Source: Bacteroidota bacterium
GTDB taxonomy: Bacteria; Bacteroidota; Bacteroidia; Chitinophagales; UBA10324
Length of the DNA stretch: 59,600 bases
Assembly: GCA_014190535.1 (NCBI GenBank)
Contig: BJGO01000001.1
Location: 1 to 59,600 of the forward strand
Direction: 5' to 3'
In this document: in pieces, positions 1 to 9,113 of the stretch
Layout: each line of letters starts with the position of its first letter
Position numbering within the stretch: position 1 is the stretch's first letter
Made by a program: the position numbers and the translations under genes
The notes under the pieces: generated by a model
Told to the model about the DNA's origin: nothing
Database searches by the model: none
What the model saw: only the letters and a program-made list of their open reading frames with translations

Positions 1-1
1 G

Positions 2-1807
2 CAACTTGTGCGCTTTAACAACATCACGTTTACTACGCCGGGAACGTTTGCCGGTCAAACGAATTATAACATTAGCGACGGCGGCAATACCGGTCAGGCG
101 CGTATCAACGGCAGCTCAAATATTGTAGGTACTCCAATTCCTTCGAGTTCATTGGATATAGTTGGGATTATGGGACAATATAACACCACCTATCAATTGC
201 TACCCCGATTGCTTGAAGACCTTATTCCCGTTGGTAATCCACCGGTGTTTACAACGGCATTGAAGCAGTCAAATATTGAGACTACCTCATTCACCGTTTC
301 TTTTAACACTCAGAATAACGGTAATACAATTATTAAATATGGACTGGCGCCGGGCAATTTAAATCAAACAGCAACCGATGCTACACAAACGACAACGCAC
401 AGCGTCAATCTTACCGGACTAACAGCCGGAACGGTATATTTTCTTAAAGGGTATTCTATCAGTGCGAGCGGCGACACATCAACGTCTTCCGTACAGGCGA
501 TGGCGACTAAATCACTTTCAAGCGGTGATATTAAAATATATTTCAATCGTTCTGTAGATAACTCGGTATCAACCGGAACCAATGCAATATATCTAGATCA
601 AGCACTGGACGATACCCTCATTGCCTACATCGGACGCGCCAAGTTTACGTTGGATATTGCTATTTACAATGTGGATAATGCCAATAATATCATCACGGCA
701 ATCAATCAGGCCGCGGCCAATGGTATAGCCGTGCGCGTAATCGGCGATGATGGCATAACCTCAACCAACTGGAATAATTTTTCCAGCGCTATTTCAAAAA
801 TCAAAAGCCCAACCGGCGCTGAATATGGAATTATGCATGACAAAATGGTTATTATCGACGCCAACTCATCCAATCCGAACGATCCCGTCCTGTGGACAGG
901 CTCTGCAAATTTTACGACAGATCAAATTATCATCGACGCTCAGGATGTAATTATATTCCAGGATCAGAGTATTGCCCGGGCGGCCTTAATAGAATTTAAT
1001 GAAATGTTCGGCAATACCTTCGGGCCGTATAAAATTGACAATACGCCAAAAGAATTTGTAATTGGGAACAAACGAGTGGAAATGTACTTTTCTCCATCCG
1101 ATGTTGTTAATACACAAGTTAAAAATGCCTTGTTAACGGCCGGTAACTCGATAAACTACTGTGTGTTTGCATTTACACGTACGGAGCTTGCCTATGCATT
1201 AACCGATGCGTATACCGCCGGGGCCTCAATTGTACAGGGCATGGTAGACGATACGTCCAGTGCATCAGCCGTGTACAATATTATCGTAGGCGCCGTTGGC
1301 ACGAATAATCACAGGATATTTCCACTCCCTTACTTATTACATCATAAATATGCCATTGTTGATGCTTTTGATATAAACTCCGATCCTATGGTGATTACAG
1401 GCTCATACAATTGGAGCAATAGTGCTACGTTCCGTAATGATGAGAATACGGTTATCGTTCACGATGCAACGATAGCTAATATTTACTTTCAGGAGTTTAG
1501 TCAGCGATTTAAAGATGCCGGTGGCACGGTGGTGGTGAGCAACGAGGATATCGGCACAACCCCCGAACAGTTTTTGATATACCCCAATCCGGCAACTGAC
1601 CGCATATATATCAATGCATCCTTAAACTCCCCCGGCGCACAGATTACTTTACTCGATCTTAACGGCCGTGTAATTAATCTGGTTGAGTGCACACAGTCGA
1701 TAACGAACACATCTATGAGCACAAGCGATTTACCTAATGGTATATACTTAATGCAACTATCTTCAGGTAAGGTGAATAAAACAATCAAGATTTCGGTTAA
1801 CCACTAA
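2..1807 (+). CDS. Secreted phospholipase D-family protein with two HKD motifs, an FN3-like module and a T9SS C-terminal sorting domain; 5' end cut by the window edge
   Basis: The frame is open from base 2. Two HxK(x)4D...GSxN motifs are present (HDKMVIID..GSANFT and HHKYAIVD..GSYNWS). The C-terminus LIYPNPATDRIYIN...KTIKISV is typical of a Bacteroidota T9SS CTD. Confidence 0.8.
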   Translation, partial: QLVRFNNITFTTPGTFAGQTNYNISDGGNTGQARINGSSNIVGTPIPSSSLDIVGIMGQYNTTYQLLPRLLEDLIPVGNPPVFTTALKQSNIETTSFTVSFNTQNNGNTIIKYGLAPGNLNQTATDATQTTTHSVNLTGLTAGTVYFLKGYSISASGDTSTSSVQAMATKSLSSGDIKIYFNRSVDNSVSTGTNAIYLDQALDDTLIAYIGRAKFTLDIAIYNVDNANNIITAINQAAANGIAVRVIGDDGITSTNWNNFSSAISKIKSPTGAEYGIMHDKMVIIDANSSNPNDPVLWTGSANFTTDQIIIDAQDVIIFQDQSIARAALIEFNEMFGNTFGPYKIDNTPKEFVIGNKRVEMYFSPSDVVNTQVKNALLTAGNSINYCVFAFTRTELAYALTDAYTAGASIVQGMVDDTSSASAVYNIIVGAVGTNNHRIFPLPYLLHHKYAIVDAFDINSDPMVITGSYNWSNSATFRNDENTVIVHDATIANIYFQEFSQRFKDAGGTVVVSNEDIGTTPEQFLIYPNPATDRIYINASLNSPGAQITLLDLNGRVINLVECTQSITNTSMSTSDLPNGIYLMQLSSGKVNKTIKISVNH

Positions 1808-1827
1808 AGCCGTACATAACTTTTTAC

Positions 1828-1864
1828 AAAAAGCCATGTCATATTGATGTGGCTTTTTTATTTT
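1828..1864 (+). terminator. Rho-independent terminator after the PLD-family gene
   Basis: AAAAAGCCA (1828-1836) pairs with TGGCTTTTT (1850-1858). A T-run follows, about 20 nt after the stop codon. Confidence 0.6.
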
Positions 1865-1888
1865 GCACAGTAAAGAACGATTAACCAG

Positions 1889-3082
1889 GTGATTGAAATT
1901 AAAAAACGTGATCCATCATTAGGGCCCGAAAAGGCAGTGTTGATCGGTCTTATAACTCAGGGCCAAACAGAAGAATTGGTTAATGAGTATTTGGATGAAC
2001 TGGCTTTTTTAGCCGAAACGGCAGGCGCAGTTTCGGTAAAGCGCTTTACACAAAAGATGCAATCGCCCGATTCCAGAACATTTATTGGCAGCGGTAAGCT
2101 TATCGAAATTCAACAATTCATACAAAGCAGGGAGATTGATTTGGTTATTTTCGATGATGACCTTAGTCCGTCGCAAACTAATAATATCGAACGCGAGCTG
2201 AGGGTTAAGATTATTGACCGCAGTAATCTGATACTTGACATTTTTGCCGGTCGTGCACAAACCGCGCAGGCGCGGGCTCAAGTGGAACTGGCACAACTGC
2301 AATATTTGTTGCCTCGGTTAAAAGGATTATGGTCGCATCTGGAACGGCAACAGGGGGGCATTGGAACCCGAGGTCCCGGCGAAAAAGAAATTGAAACGGA
2401 CCGAAGAATTGTGAAGCACCAGATTTCCTTGCTGAAAAAGCAATTACAAAAAATAGATCTGCAGAATCAAACTCAACGAAAAAGCAGAGGGGAATATATC
2501 AGGGTTGCACTGGTTGGATATACGAATGTAGGTAAATCTACACTGATGACTCTGCTGAGTAAATCTGATGTTTTTGCTGAGAATAAACTATTCGCCACGC
2601 TTGATACCACAACAAGAAAGGTGGTTTTTGAGCGCATGCCTTTCCTACTGAGTGATACCGTGGGCTTTATTCGAAAATTGCCTCATCATCTTGTTGAAAG
2701 TTTTAAGTCTACGCTTGATGAAGTACGCGAAGCCGATTTATTGCTTCATGTAGTCGATATATCTCACAATCAATATGAAGATCACATTAGAGTTGTACAG
2801 GAAACGCTTAAAGAATTGAACGCATTCGACAAGCCAACGATCATGGTATTCAATAAAATTGACGCCTACGAAACGAAGCACTTCGACGAGCATTTGCCGG
2901 AATCAGTAAAAAAAGAAATCCGCGAAGATTTAAATCACGGCTGGCAACAGCGAACAAATAATAAAGCCGTCTTCATTTCTGCTGTGCGAAAAGATAATAT
3001 TGATTTACTTCGTTATATGATGTATGATGAAATTAAAAAACGCTATCAGGATCGGTATCCTTACAAAACAGAATTTTTTTAA
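1889..3082 (+). CDS. hflX: GTPase HflX
   Basis: 397 aa with a GTG start. G1 motif GYTNVGKST and G3 motif DTVGFI are present, and the N-terminal HflX domain architecture is recognisable. Confidence 0.9.
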   Translation: MIEIKKRDPSLGPEKAVLIGLITQGQTEELVNEYLDELAFLAETAGAVSVKRFTQKMQSPDSRTFIGSGKLIEIQQFIQSREIDLVIFDDDLSPSQTNNIERELRVKIIDRSNLILDIFAGRAQTAQARAQVELAQLQYLLPRLKGLWSHLERQQGGIGTRGPGEKEIETDRRIVKHQISLLKKQLQKIDLQNQTQRKSRGEYIRVALVGYTNVGKSTLMTLLSKSDVFAENKLFATLDTTTRKVVFERMPFLLSDTVGFIRKLPHHLVESFKSTLDEVREADLLLHVVDISHNQYEDHIRVVQETLKELNAFDKPTIMVFNKIDAYETKHFDEHLPESVKKEIREDLNHGWQQRTNNKAVFISAVRKDNIDLLRYMMYDEIKKRYQDRYPYKTEFF

Positions 3083-4014
3083 GGCTCATTCAGCCAGTTG
3101 ATAATTTCTTGCTCCTCCAGATCAATATAGCCTGATGTTCTTACTACGTTGCCGTCCTCTAACCAATAGATGGCAGGTAATTCTCCGCCCGAAAGTGTAA
3201 TAAAATCCTGAGTGTTGTACATAGAATAGGGGATGGCCTCAGCATGAGTAAAGGCAAAAAAAGTCGCAAGATTTTTTTCTGCATTGCCTTTATATAAATT
3301 ATAGAATGGCATTTCCGGGTGGCGTTTGAAGATAATGGCCATCTTGAATGCGGCCGTTTTACAATGCTCACATCTAAGACTCATAAGCGATAATATATGC
3401 TTGCCACGGCGCACATCGGTTGCCGGGGCATCAAGGCTATTATACAATTGAGTTAAATCCAAAGGGTAATTGATTTGATTTTTATCAAACTGATTCTGAG
3501 AGATGAACTCAGGAATGTTCAGTGCATAAGGCAAGATGAACGATGCGCTTATGCAACCAAGCAGGACCACGCGTTTAATGATTTTATTTTCCTCAAGGCG
3601 TAGAAAAGGCTCCTGTTTAGTAATGATTAGCCATACAACAGCGCCAATCATCATCATATTTTTAATGAGCGACTCTAATGGTGTCATTTCCAGAAACGTG
3701 CCGAAACAACCACAGTTGCCGCTATTGCCTTCAGTAAGTAATTGATAAACGAGATATATGGAAAAGAAAATAAGCAGAAACAATGTAGCCCACAGTGTGA
3801 AACGTTTAAGGTAGAATTGCAGTGAAAGAAAAAGACCTAATCCGACCTCTAGTCCAATTAACGAACGGGATATTATTGGTGCGGTAAGCCAGTTTGCCAT
3901 ACCCAGTCGAACAAAATTGTATTCGAAAGGCTCTATGGGAAATAGCTTCAGTAATCCTGAGGCAATGAATAGAGAACCTAAAGTGAAGCAAAGAAACGAA
4001 TGGACGTATCGCAT
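3079..4014 (-). CDS. MauE/DoxX-family membrane protein fused to a C-terminal thioredoxin-like CxxC domain
   Basis: The N-terminal multi-TM region carries the MauE hallmark GNCGCFG. The C-terminal soluble region carries LRCEHCK (a CxxC motif). Confidence 0.7.
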   Translation of the reverse strand: MRYVHSFLCFTLGSLFIASGLLKLFPIEPFEYNFVRLGMANWLTAPIISRSLIGLEVGLGLFLSLQFYLKRFTLWATLFLLIFFSIYLVYQLLTEGNSGNCGCFGTFLEMTPLESLIKNMMMIGAVVWLIITKQEPFLRLEENKIIKRVVLLGCISASFILPYALNIPEFISQNQFDKNQINYPLDLTQLYNSLDAPATDVRRGKHILSLMSLRCEHCKTAAFKMAIIFKRHPEMPFYNLYKGNAEKNLATFFAFTHAEAIPYSMYNTQDFITLSGGELPAIYWLEDGNVVRTSGYIDLEEQEIINWLNEP

Positions 4015-4043
4015 AAATAAAAAAGCCGCCTAGACAGGCGGCT
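4015..4043 (-). terminator. Hairpin plus T-tract (read on the minus strand) between the small lipoprotein gene and the MauE-Trx gene
   Basis: AGCCGCC (4024-4030) pairs with GGCGGCT (4037-4043) around a 6-nt loop. On the minus strand it is followed by TTTTTTATTT, which abuts the start codon at 4014. Confidence 0.55.
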
Positions 4044-4070
4044 AAAGTAATTTTAAAAATTCAGGAGAAT

Positions 4071-4277
4071 TTATTCAATCTCGCATTCAGAAACAATTCC
4101 CAACACATTTTGATCACCTTCGTCGCATTTTTCTTTTGCATTTTTCTTAGTGTCATTGATGGTTGTGGAACCTGCGGCTGTGCCACCTACTGTGCAGGTA
4201 CAAGTGTAATCTTTTTTGCAAGATGATAGTCCGGCTACCAGAACAACAGCAAGACAAAGGGTAAGAATTTTTTTCAT
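4071..4277 (-). CDS. Small Cys-patterned lipoprotein (68 aa)
   Basis: Signal peptide with lipobox LSSC. The mature part is CKKDYTCTC...KEKC...SECEIE. Confidence 0.6.
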   Translation of the reverse strand: MKKILTLCLAVVLVAGLSSCKKDYTCTCTVGGTAAGSTTINDTKKNAKEKCDEGDQNVLGIVSECEIE

Positions 4278-4317
4278 AGATTTTTTTTAATTGGTTTTCA
4301 CAAACTTAATCAAAATT

Positions 4318-6564
4318 CTAATAACCCATAAGTTTCGATAATGCTTCAAGCTGATTCTTATTCAGAGCTGTTTCCAGCGACGATCTTACATCGGCCTTTT
4401 CGAATGCGGTTAGATGCCAGCTCATACTGGCGGCATTCGACATCTCGCCGGGAATGTATTCAAAGCTAAACAGGTGTATAGGTTGTTTCAGCCAGCCCGT
4501 AGCTCCGGCCGTTAGTGTTTCGTTTCTGTAGTCCTGAACTTCCATCCAATTACTGTATATGGCAGACATTGGGGCAAATCGCCGGGCTATCCAATTTGGA
4601 CTATCATTAATTTGAGGAAAATGATTTTTCGGGAAGTCGCGTGTTTGAACCAATAGAACACCACCGGTATGTTCATTAATCCAGTCGCGAAAAAAATATA
4701 GAAATCGCATCGTGCTTTCCATACCATAATTATCGCGCATCCCGGCATCCATACATTGTATGGCAGGTGAGGTTGGTAAAAAGATGGTAGGCATGATATA
4801 AGGGAATGTGCAGTTCGCACGAATGATACTTGTGAAATGGATGTTGTTGGTTTCGGTTTCGCCAAAGAAGTTAACGGCATCAATCCCGTCAGGTCTTAAC
4901 GCTTTAGTTTCAGTAGGCATCCTGTTGCGACATAAAAAAGATAAGGGGAGGTTGCATACATTAAAGGATCGGCCATCATTTATGATGGTTGGGGTAAATA
5001 CAGCAAAAGGAATAACAGCATTTTTTTCATCGGCGGCATAATCGCCGAGTCGTTTATTTAATACATTATCGGTATTCTCATTTAATTGTTTCTCCCATAA
5101 GTAGCCGCGGTCTTTGATGTAGGTGTTCCCGCTACGGCTGAATTTTTGCCACGGAATTAATACATCATTTACTACCAGGGCCGTACACACACCGTTGAGC
5201 AAATCTTTTGAGATATTGTCGGCATATTGTTTTTCGTGAAGGTTTATAGGAGCGTTATATTTTCTTAAACGATAAAGTTCCCGGTAGTAAGATAATCCAA
5301 GTGTGCCTCCCGAAGCACCGGCCATAAAAAGTACATGATCCAGAAAGGTGTTATTTGTGGCTTCATCGAGTTTCTGCATCAAATAAAAACTTAACAGAGA
5401 CGATCGCATGCCACCTCCACTGGAGTTCAGAACGATTAATTTAGGCTTATCGGTATTCTGCAAGCCTTGCGCCTTAATCTTCCATTTATTCATCACAGCA
5501 ATCATTTGTAAACTATCCCGTGCAATTCGCTCATTTGAGCAGGCGTCTGCTATGGCGTCGGGGGTATAAGGCATCTGTTTTTCTGTATAACGCATACCAA
5601 AAAGCGGATTGCGGTGAGCCATTTGGTTGAATAGGGGCAAGGTATTGTATAATACAAACAGGCCAACAAATACCGGGGTGGCCCAACTTCTTAACCAATA
5701 AAAAAAGGCACCCACCGGACCAATTAATATGGCAAAAAATAAAAAGATACTTACCGCGGCGGGTAAACGAAATAAGGGCCAGTCCATAAGAAAACCCAGC
5801 AGAACAATAATCTCCAAAGCAATTAACTCAAGAATTAGAGCATTGCGCTGATGTTGCCGAAATACAGCCAGCAATACACTTCTGCGGTAATGCTCCACCT
5901 TTCTTACCCTGCGGGTCCTCCAGGGATACATCAGGGCAAAATCAACGCGTATACTTTGATAGGCGGTTTCTTCTTCGTTATGACCAAAACGCCAGGGTTG
6001 TATACTGTGCCTGCGGGTTTTCGGTGTCATCTCTTCATCCAGTTCAGCATATTCTTTTTTGTGGGTATTTAGTGATCGCGTGAATGTGACGAGAAATCCG
6101 GTGAGGGCTCCAAGGCAAAATCCGCCAACATCATAAGCAACATCCATTGAACTGCTGAATTCAGCTTTTGTCTGAAAAACAACTAATTCATAAATATAAA
6201 TGGCGGCAAAGCTTAAGGGGATAATAAAATTATTCAGACAAAAACGAAAAAACGGTTTACGGAATGTGGCAAGGAAAGGGAATTTATGTGAGACGAGGAT
6301 GTAAGCAGTTATATTCCACAAAACGGTAAATCCACCATAGGCCAACCCAACCAGAAAAAAGGAAATAAAACTTACGCGACCCAAATACTCCGGATCCAGA
6401 AAGAGATACGAAACACCATAGCGCCCTGCAAAACCTTTGGTTACCAGCAGGGTAAGAAACACATACGATAACAAAAGAAAGAGATGTCTGCGGCAATGCA
6501 ATACCAATAGCTGTGCAGGGAACGAAAACCAAATATTGCGCAAGTATTGAATCAGTCCGGACAT
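4318..6564 (-). CDS. Patatin-like phospholipase with a large N-terminal polytopic membrane domain
   Basis: 748 aa. The first ~330 aa are hydrophobic and TM-rich. The C-terminal half carries the oxyanion motif SGGGMRS, the nucleophile elbow GASGG and the dyad Asp motif DAG. Confidence 0.8.
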   Translation of the reverse strand: MSGLIQYLRNIWFSFPAQLLVLHCRRHLFLLLSYVFLTLLVTKGFAGRYGVSYLFLDPEYLGRVSFISFFLVGLAYGGFTVLWNITAYILVSHKFPFLATFRKPFFRFCLNNFIIPLSFAAIYIYELVVFQTKAEFSSSMDVAYDVGGFCLGALTGFLVTFTRSLNTHKKEYAELDEEMTPKTRRHSIQPWRFGHNEEETAYQSIRVDFALMYPWRTRRVRKVEHYRRSVLLAVFRQHQRNALILELIALEIIVLLGFLMDWPLFRLPAAVSIFLFFAILIGPVGAFFYWLRSWATPVFVGLFVLYNTLPLFNQMAHRNPLFGMRYTEKQMPYTPDAIADACSNERIARDSLQMIAVMNKWKIKAQGLQNTDKPKLIVLNSSGGGMRSSLLSFYLMQKLDEATNNTFLDHVLFMAGASGGTLGLSYYRELYRLRKYNAPINLHEKQYADNISKDLLNGVCTALVVNDVLIPWQKFSRSGNTYIKDRGYLWEKQLNENTDNVLNKRLGDYAADEKNAVIPFAVFTPTIINDGRSFNVCNLPLSFLCRNRMPTETKALRPDGIDAVNFFGETETNNIHFTSIIRANCTFPYIMPTIFLPTSPAIQCMDAGMRDNYGMESTMRFLYFFRDWINEHTGGVLLVQTRDFPKNHFPQINDSPNWIARRFAPMSAIYSNWMEVQDYRNETLTAGATGWLKQPIHLFSFEYIPGEMSNAASMSWHLTAFEKADVRSSLETALNKNQLEALSKLMGY

Positions 6565-6657
6565 TTATGCCTTTAAATTAACGGGCATAATGTAAAATCC
6601 GTATCAAATTATTCAGAAAATAATAAAAGGTGTCACGATAATTGAGCACAAGGCGAG

Positions 6658-8043
6658 TTATGGTATCTCGTAAGCGCCAATATCGGGTTGAGCATCGCGA
6701 GGTTTATCGCAGATATCATCAGTGATTCCGGGAATAGTAATACCGGCATTTTTACAGGGTGATGAGCTAAGTAACCCGAATAACTGTTCACTAAAATCTT
6801 CGAAAAGCGGATTCTGATTTTGCTGTACGTTGAGGTAATTATTGTCTAAGCTCGATGTGGTTCTGATATTGCAATTGGTAAACGTGTAATCAAATAAATA
6901 ACCACTGGCATTAACAGAATCAACAAGCAATTCATCCTCCAGGCCACCGTAAATAATACAATTTCTGATTAAGGCATTCGTAAAAGGAAAGGAATACACG
7001 ATATTGTTGACTACAAAAAAATTAGTCAGCAGGAAGGATGGTTTTTGGTGGTTAATAACCGTGTTCGAATAATTAGCAAACGTACAGTGGTCGAATCGGT
7101 AATCACCTCCATAATATAGCTGAGCACAATAGTCGCCGCAACTATGAATGAGACAATTCTCCGCTCTTACACTACCACTGGCGGCCGATATGCCGGAGTA
7201 AAACATATTTTTAATTACACACTTATTCAGGCTAACCTTGTAATTTGTATTGTTCGATAACGAGTCGCATATCACGCCAATGAGGGCATCTTTGATGACA
7301 ACGTGTTCCAGATAATTATCTTCACTGGAGCGAAGGAATCGAATATAGCCCCAGTTCCCCGGCAGATCCTTGAAGTAATTCTCCAGTCGGTCGCCCTGAA
7401 AGACGATTGAGTCATTTTTGGTTCCGGTTGCATTCAAGGTGCCATAAACAAATAATGCCGAGTTGGCGTGCATATACATACGAGTGCCGGCCTGCAGATT
7501 GAGCGTTTGAAACGAATCGACCACAAGCGAATTGATTACCACGTGAGGTTTATCGATTGGCCAAATGGTATCATTTTGTATGCGCTCGCCATAGTGGAAG
7601 TATGCGTTCTGTCCATAAGCCATCAGTAACACTTTTTGCTGATTGCCATTTATCTGGAACCAGATGGAGTCGGTAACAACAAACGGATTGTTTTCGTCGG
7701 TAGGATCGATGGTAACAGCGGCGAAGATATAGATCGAGTCCCGGGGCTCAATAACAACATCGGTAAAGGATTTACCGGGTACGCCGTTTACATTTAATCT
7801 GAAGTTGCTCGCCTCGCCTCCGGCTATAGAAACCGAGTTGATTTTGATTCGTTTGTTGCTCGTATTAAATACGCGAAATCTGCGCACTGCCGAACCCTGA
7901 GTAGTGAACACGGTATCAAACATAACCGTGTCGCGCGAGAAGGATAAGGTAAAGGATGGATCGGTATTAAACACATCTTTACGGCAAGAATTTAAAAACA
8001 TTCCGGCACACCAAACCAATATGATTAATAGGAAAAAGCGCAT
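6658..8043 (-). CDS. Lipoprotein, probable right-handed beta-helix (pectin-lyase-fold-like) protein
   Basis: Lipobox LNSC. The sequence is repetitive and N/G/I-rich with periodic Cys, and ends in DIGAYE as seen in beta-helix repeat proteins. The fold call is by resemblance only. Confidence 0.45.
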   Translation of the reverse strand: MRFFLLIILVWCAGMFLNSCRKDVFNTDPSFTLSFSRDTVMFDTVFTTQGSAVRRFRVFNTSNKRIKINSVSIAGGEASNFRLNVNGVPGKSFTDVVIEPRDSIYIFAAVTIDPTDENNPFVVTDSIWFQINGNQQKVLLMAYGQNAYFHYGERIQNDTIWPIDKPHVVINSLVVDSFQTLNLQAGTRMYMHANSALFVYGTLNATGTKNDSIVFQGDRLENYFKDLPGNWGYIRFLRSSEDNYLEHVVIKDALIGVICDSLSNNTNYKVSLNKCVIKNMFYSGISAASGSVRAENCLIHSCGDYCAQLYYGGDYRFDHCTFANYSNTVINHQKPSFLLTNFFVVNNIVYSFPFTNALIRNCIIYGGLEDELLVDSVNASGYLFDYTFTNCNIRTTSSLDNNYLNVQQNQNPLFEDFSEQLFGLLSSSPCKNAGITIPGITDDICDKPRDAQPDIGAYEIP

Positions 8044-8092
8044 CAGGTATTATCGATGCAAAGCAACGATAAAGTTTTGCAAAAAGTATAGA

Positions 8093-8824
8093 TTAGTAGT
8101 GAGCAAATGCTCCGCATACAAAATTAATTCGGGCACCGGGAAAGGAGTCATATAACGCTAATGCACACGCCTCCAGGGTTGCCCCGGTGGTAATGACATC
8201 GTCAACCAACAGAAATCTTGGGTTTTCTGTGATTCCGTTCGGGTGGCACTCAAACAGCTCATCCACATTTCTCCATCGCTCCAGCCGGCTTTTATGGGTT
8301 TGCGTTTCATTTTTTCGAACCCTCCGCAGAAGCCTTCTTTCGATGGGAATCTGCAAGACTTCCGCCATGCCATTGCATAATAAATCGGTTTGATTATAAC
8401 CGCGGGAGCGTAGTTTGCTGTGGTGCAGTGGCACCGGTACAATATAATTTGCATCACAGAAGGGATAGGTGCCGATCAATTCGTGCCCAATTAAACGGCC
8501 TAGCCATTCGCCGATATCGGTTCTGCCCTTGTATTTAAGCTTATGTATTAATTGTTGAGTGATGCCCTTTTTATTAAAGTATAGCAATGCAGAAGCCCGT
8601 TCAAAATTTATCTTGCCCCAAAACACCTTCTCAACTGCATTGCCCGGAATCTTATGAAATGAAGTTAAGGGCAGAGCGGCCTTGCAATGTGTGCAGATAA
8701 TTTGTTCATTACCTACTAGATTGCGGTTGCACGATGCACAAAGATTAGGATACCATAATGAGATTAAATCATTCCAGTAACCTGAAAGGTAATTCAAAAA
8801 ATATTTTTTTGAATGATCGGTCAT
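8093..8824 (-). CDS. comF: ComF-family protein (phosphoribosyltransferase domain)
   Basis: N-terminal Cys4 finger (CASCNR...CTHCK) and PRTase motif LLVDDVITTGATL. The start is moved from the TTG at 8842 to the ATG at 8824. Confidence 0.85.
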   Translation of the reverse strand: MTDHSKKYFLNYLSGYWNDLISLWYPNLCASCNRNLVGNEQIICTHCKAALPLTSFHKIPGNAVEKVFWGKINFERASALLYFNKKGITQQLIHKLKYKGRTDIGEWLGRLIGHELIGTYPFCDANYIVPVPLHHSKLRSRGYNQTDLLCNGMAEVLQIPIERRLLRRVRKNETQTHKSRLERWRNVDELFECHPNGITENPRFLLVDDVITTGATLEACALALYDSFPGARINFVCGAFAHY

Positions 8825-8870
8825 AGAACCTAAATAATGCAATTTTGTTGAAGCAATTTAAATAACAGCA

Positions 8871-9113
8871 ATGAACATTGTACTCCTGCTTCTCGGATTT
8901 TTTTTAACCATATACGCTATACTTCGTTTTACCTCCCTGCGCCACAGGTTTACACAACCCACTGCAGTTTTCGGTGTCACGTTCAGCGCGGAGACGATTA
9001 CGTTGTTTTACTTTCTTGTCGGACTCACCATGATGATTCTTTTTATGGTCCATGAGGTGCAACCCTTATTCTACAAGGGGCGTGAGTTGCAGTATAATAT
9101 CCGCGGATACTAG
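8871..9113 (+). CDS. Hypothetical small membrane protein (80 aa, two predicted TM segments)
   Basis: ATG-initiated ORF in an otherwise unassigned gap, with two hydrophobic stretches. No family was recognised. Confidence 0.35.
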   Translation: MNIVLLLLGFFLTIYAILRFTSLRHRFTQPTAVFGVTFSAETITLFYFLVGLTMMILFMVHEVQPLFYKGRELQYNIRGY

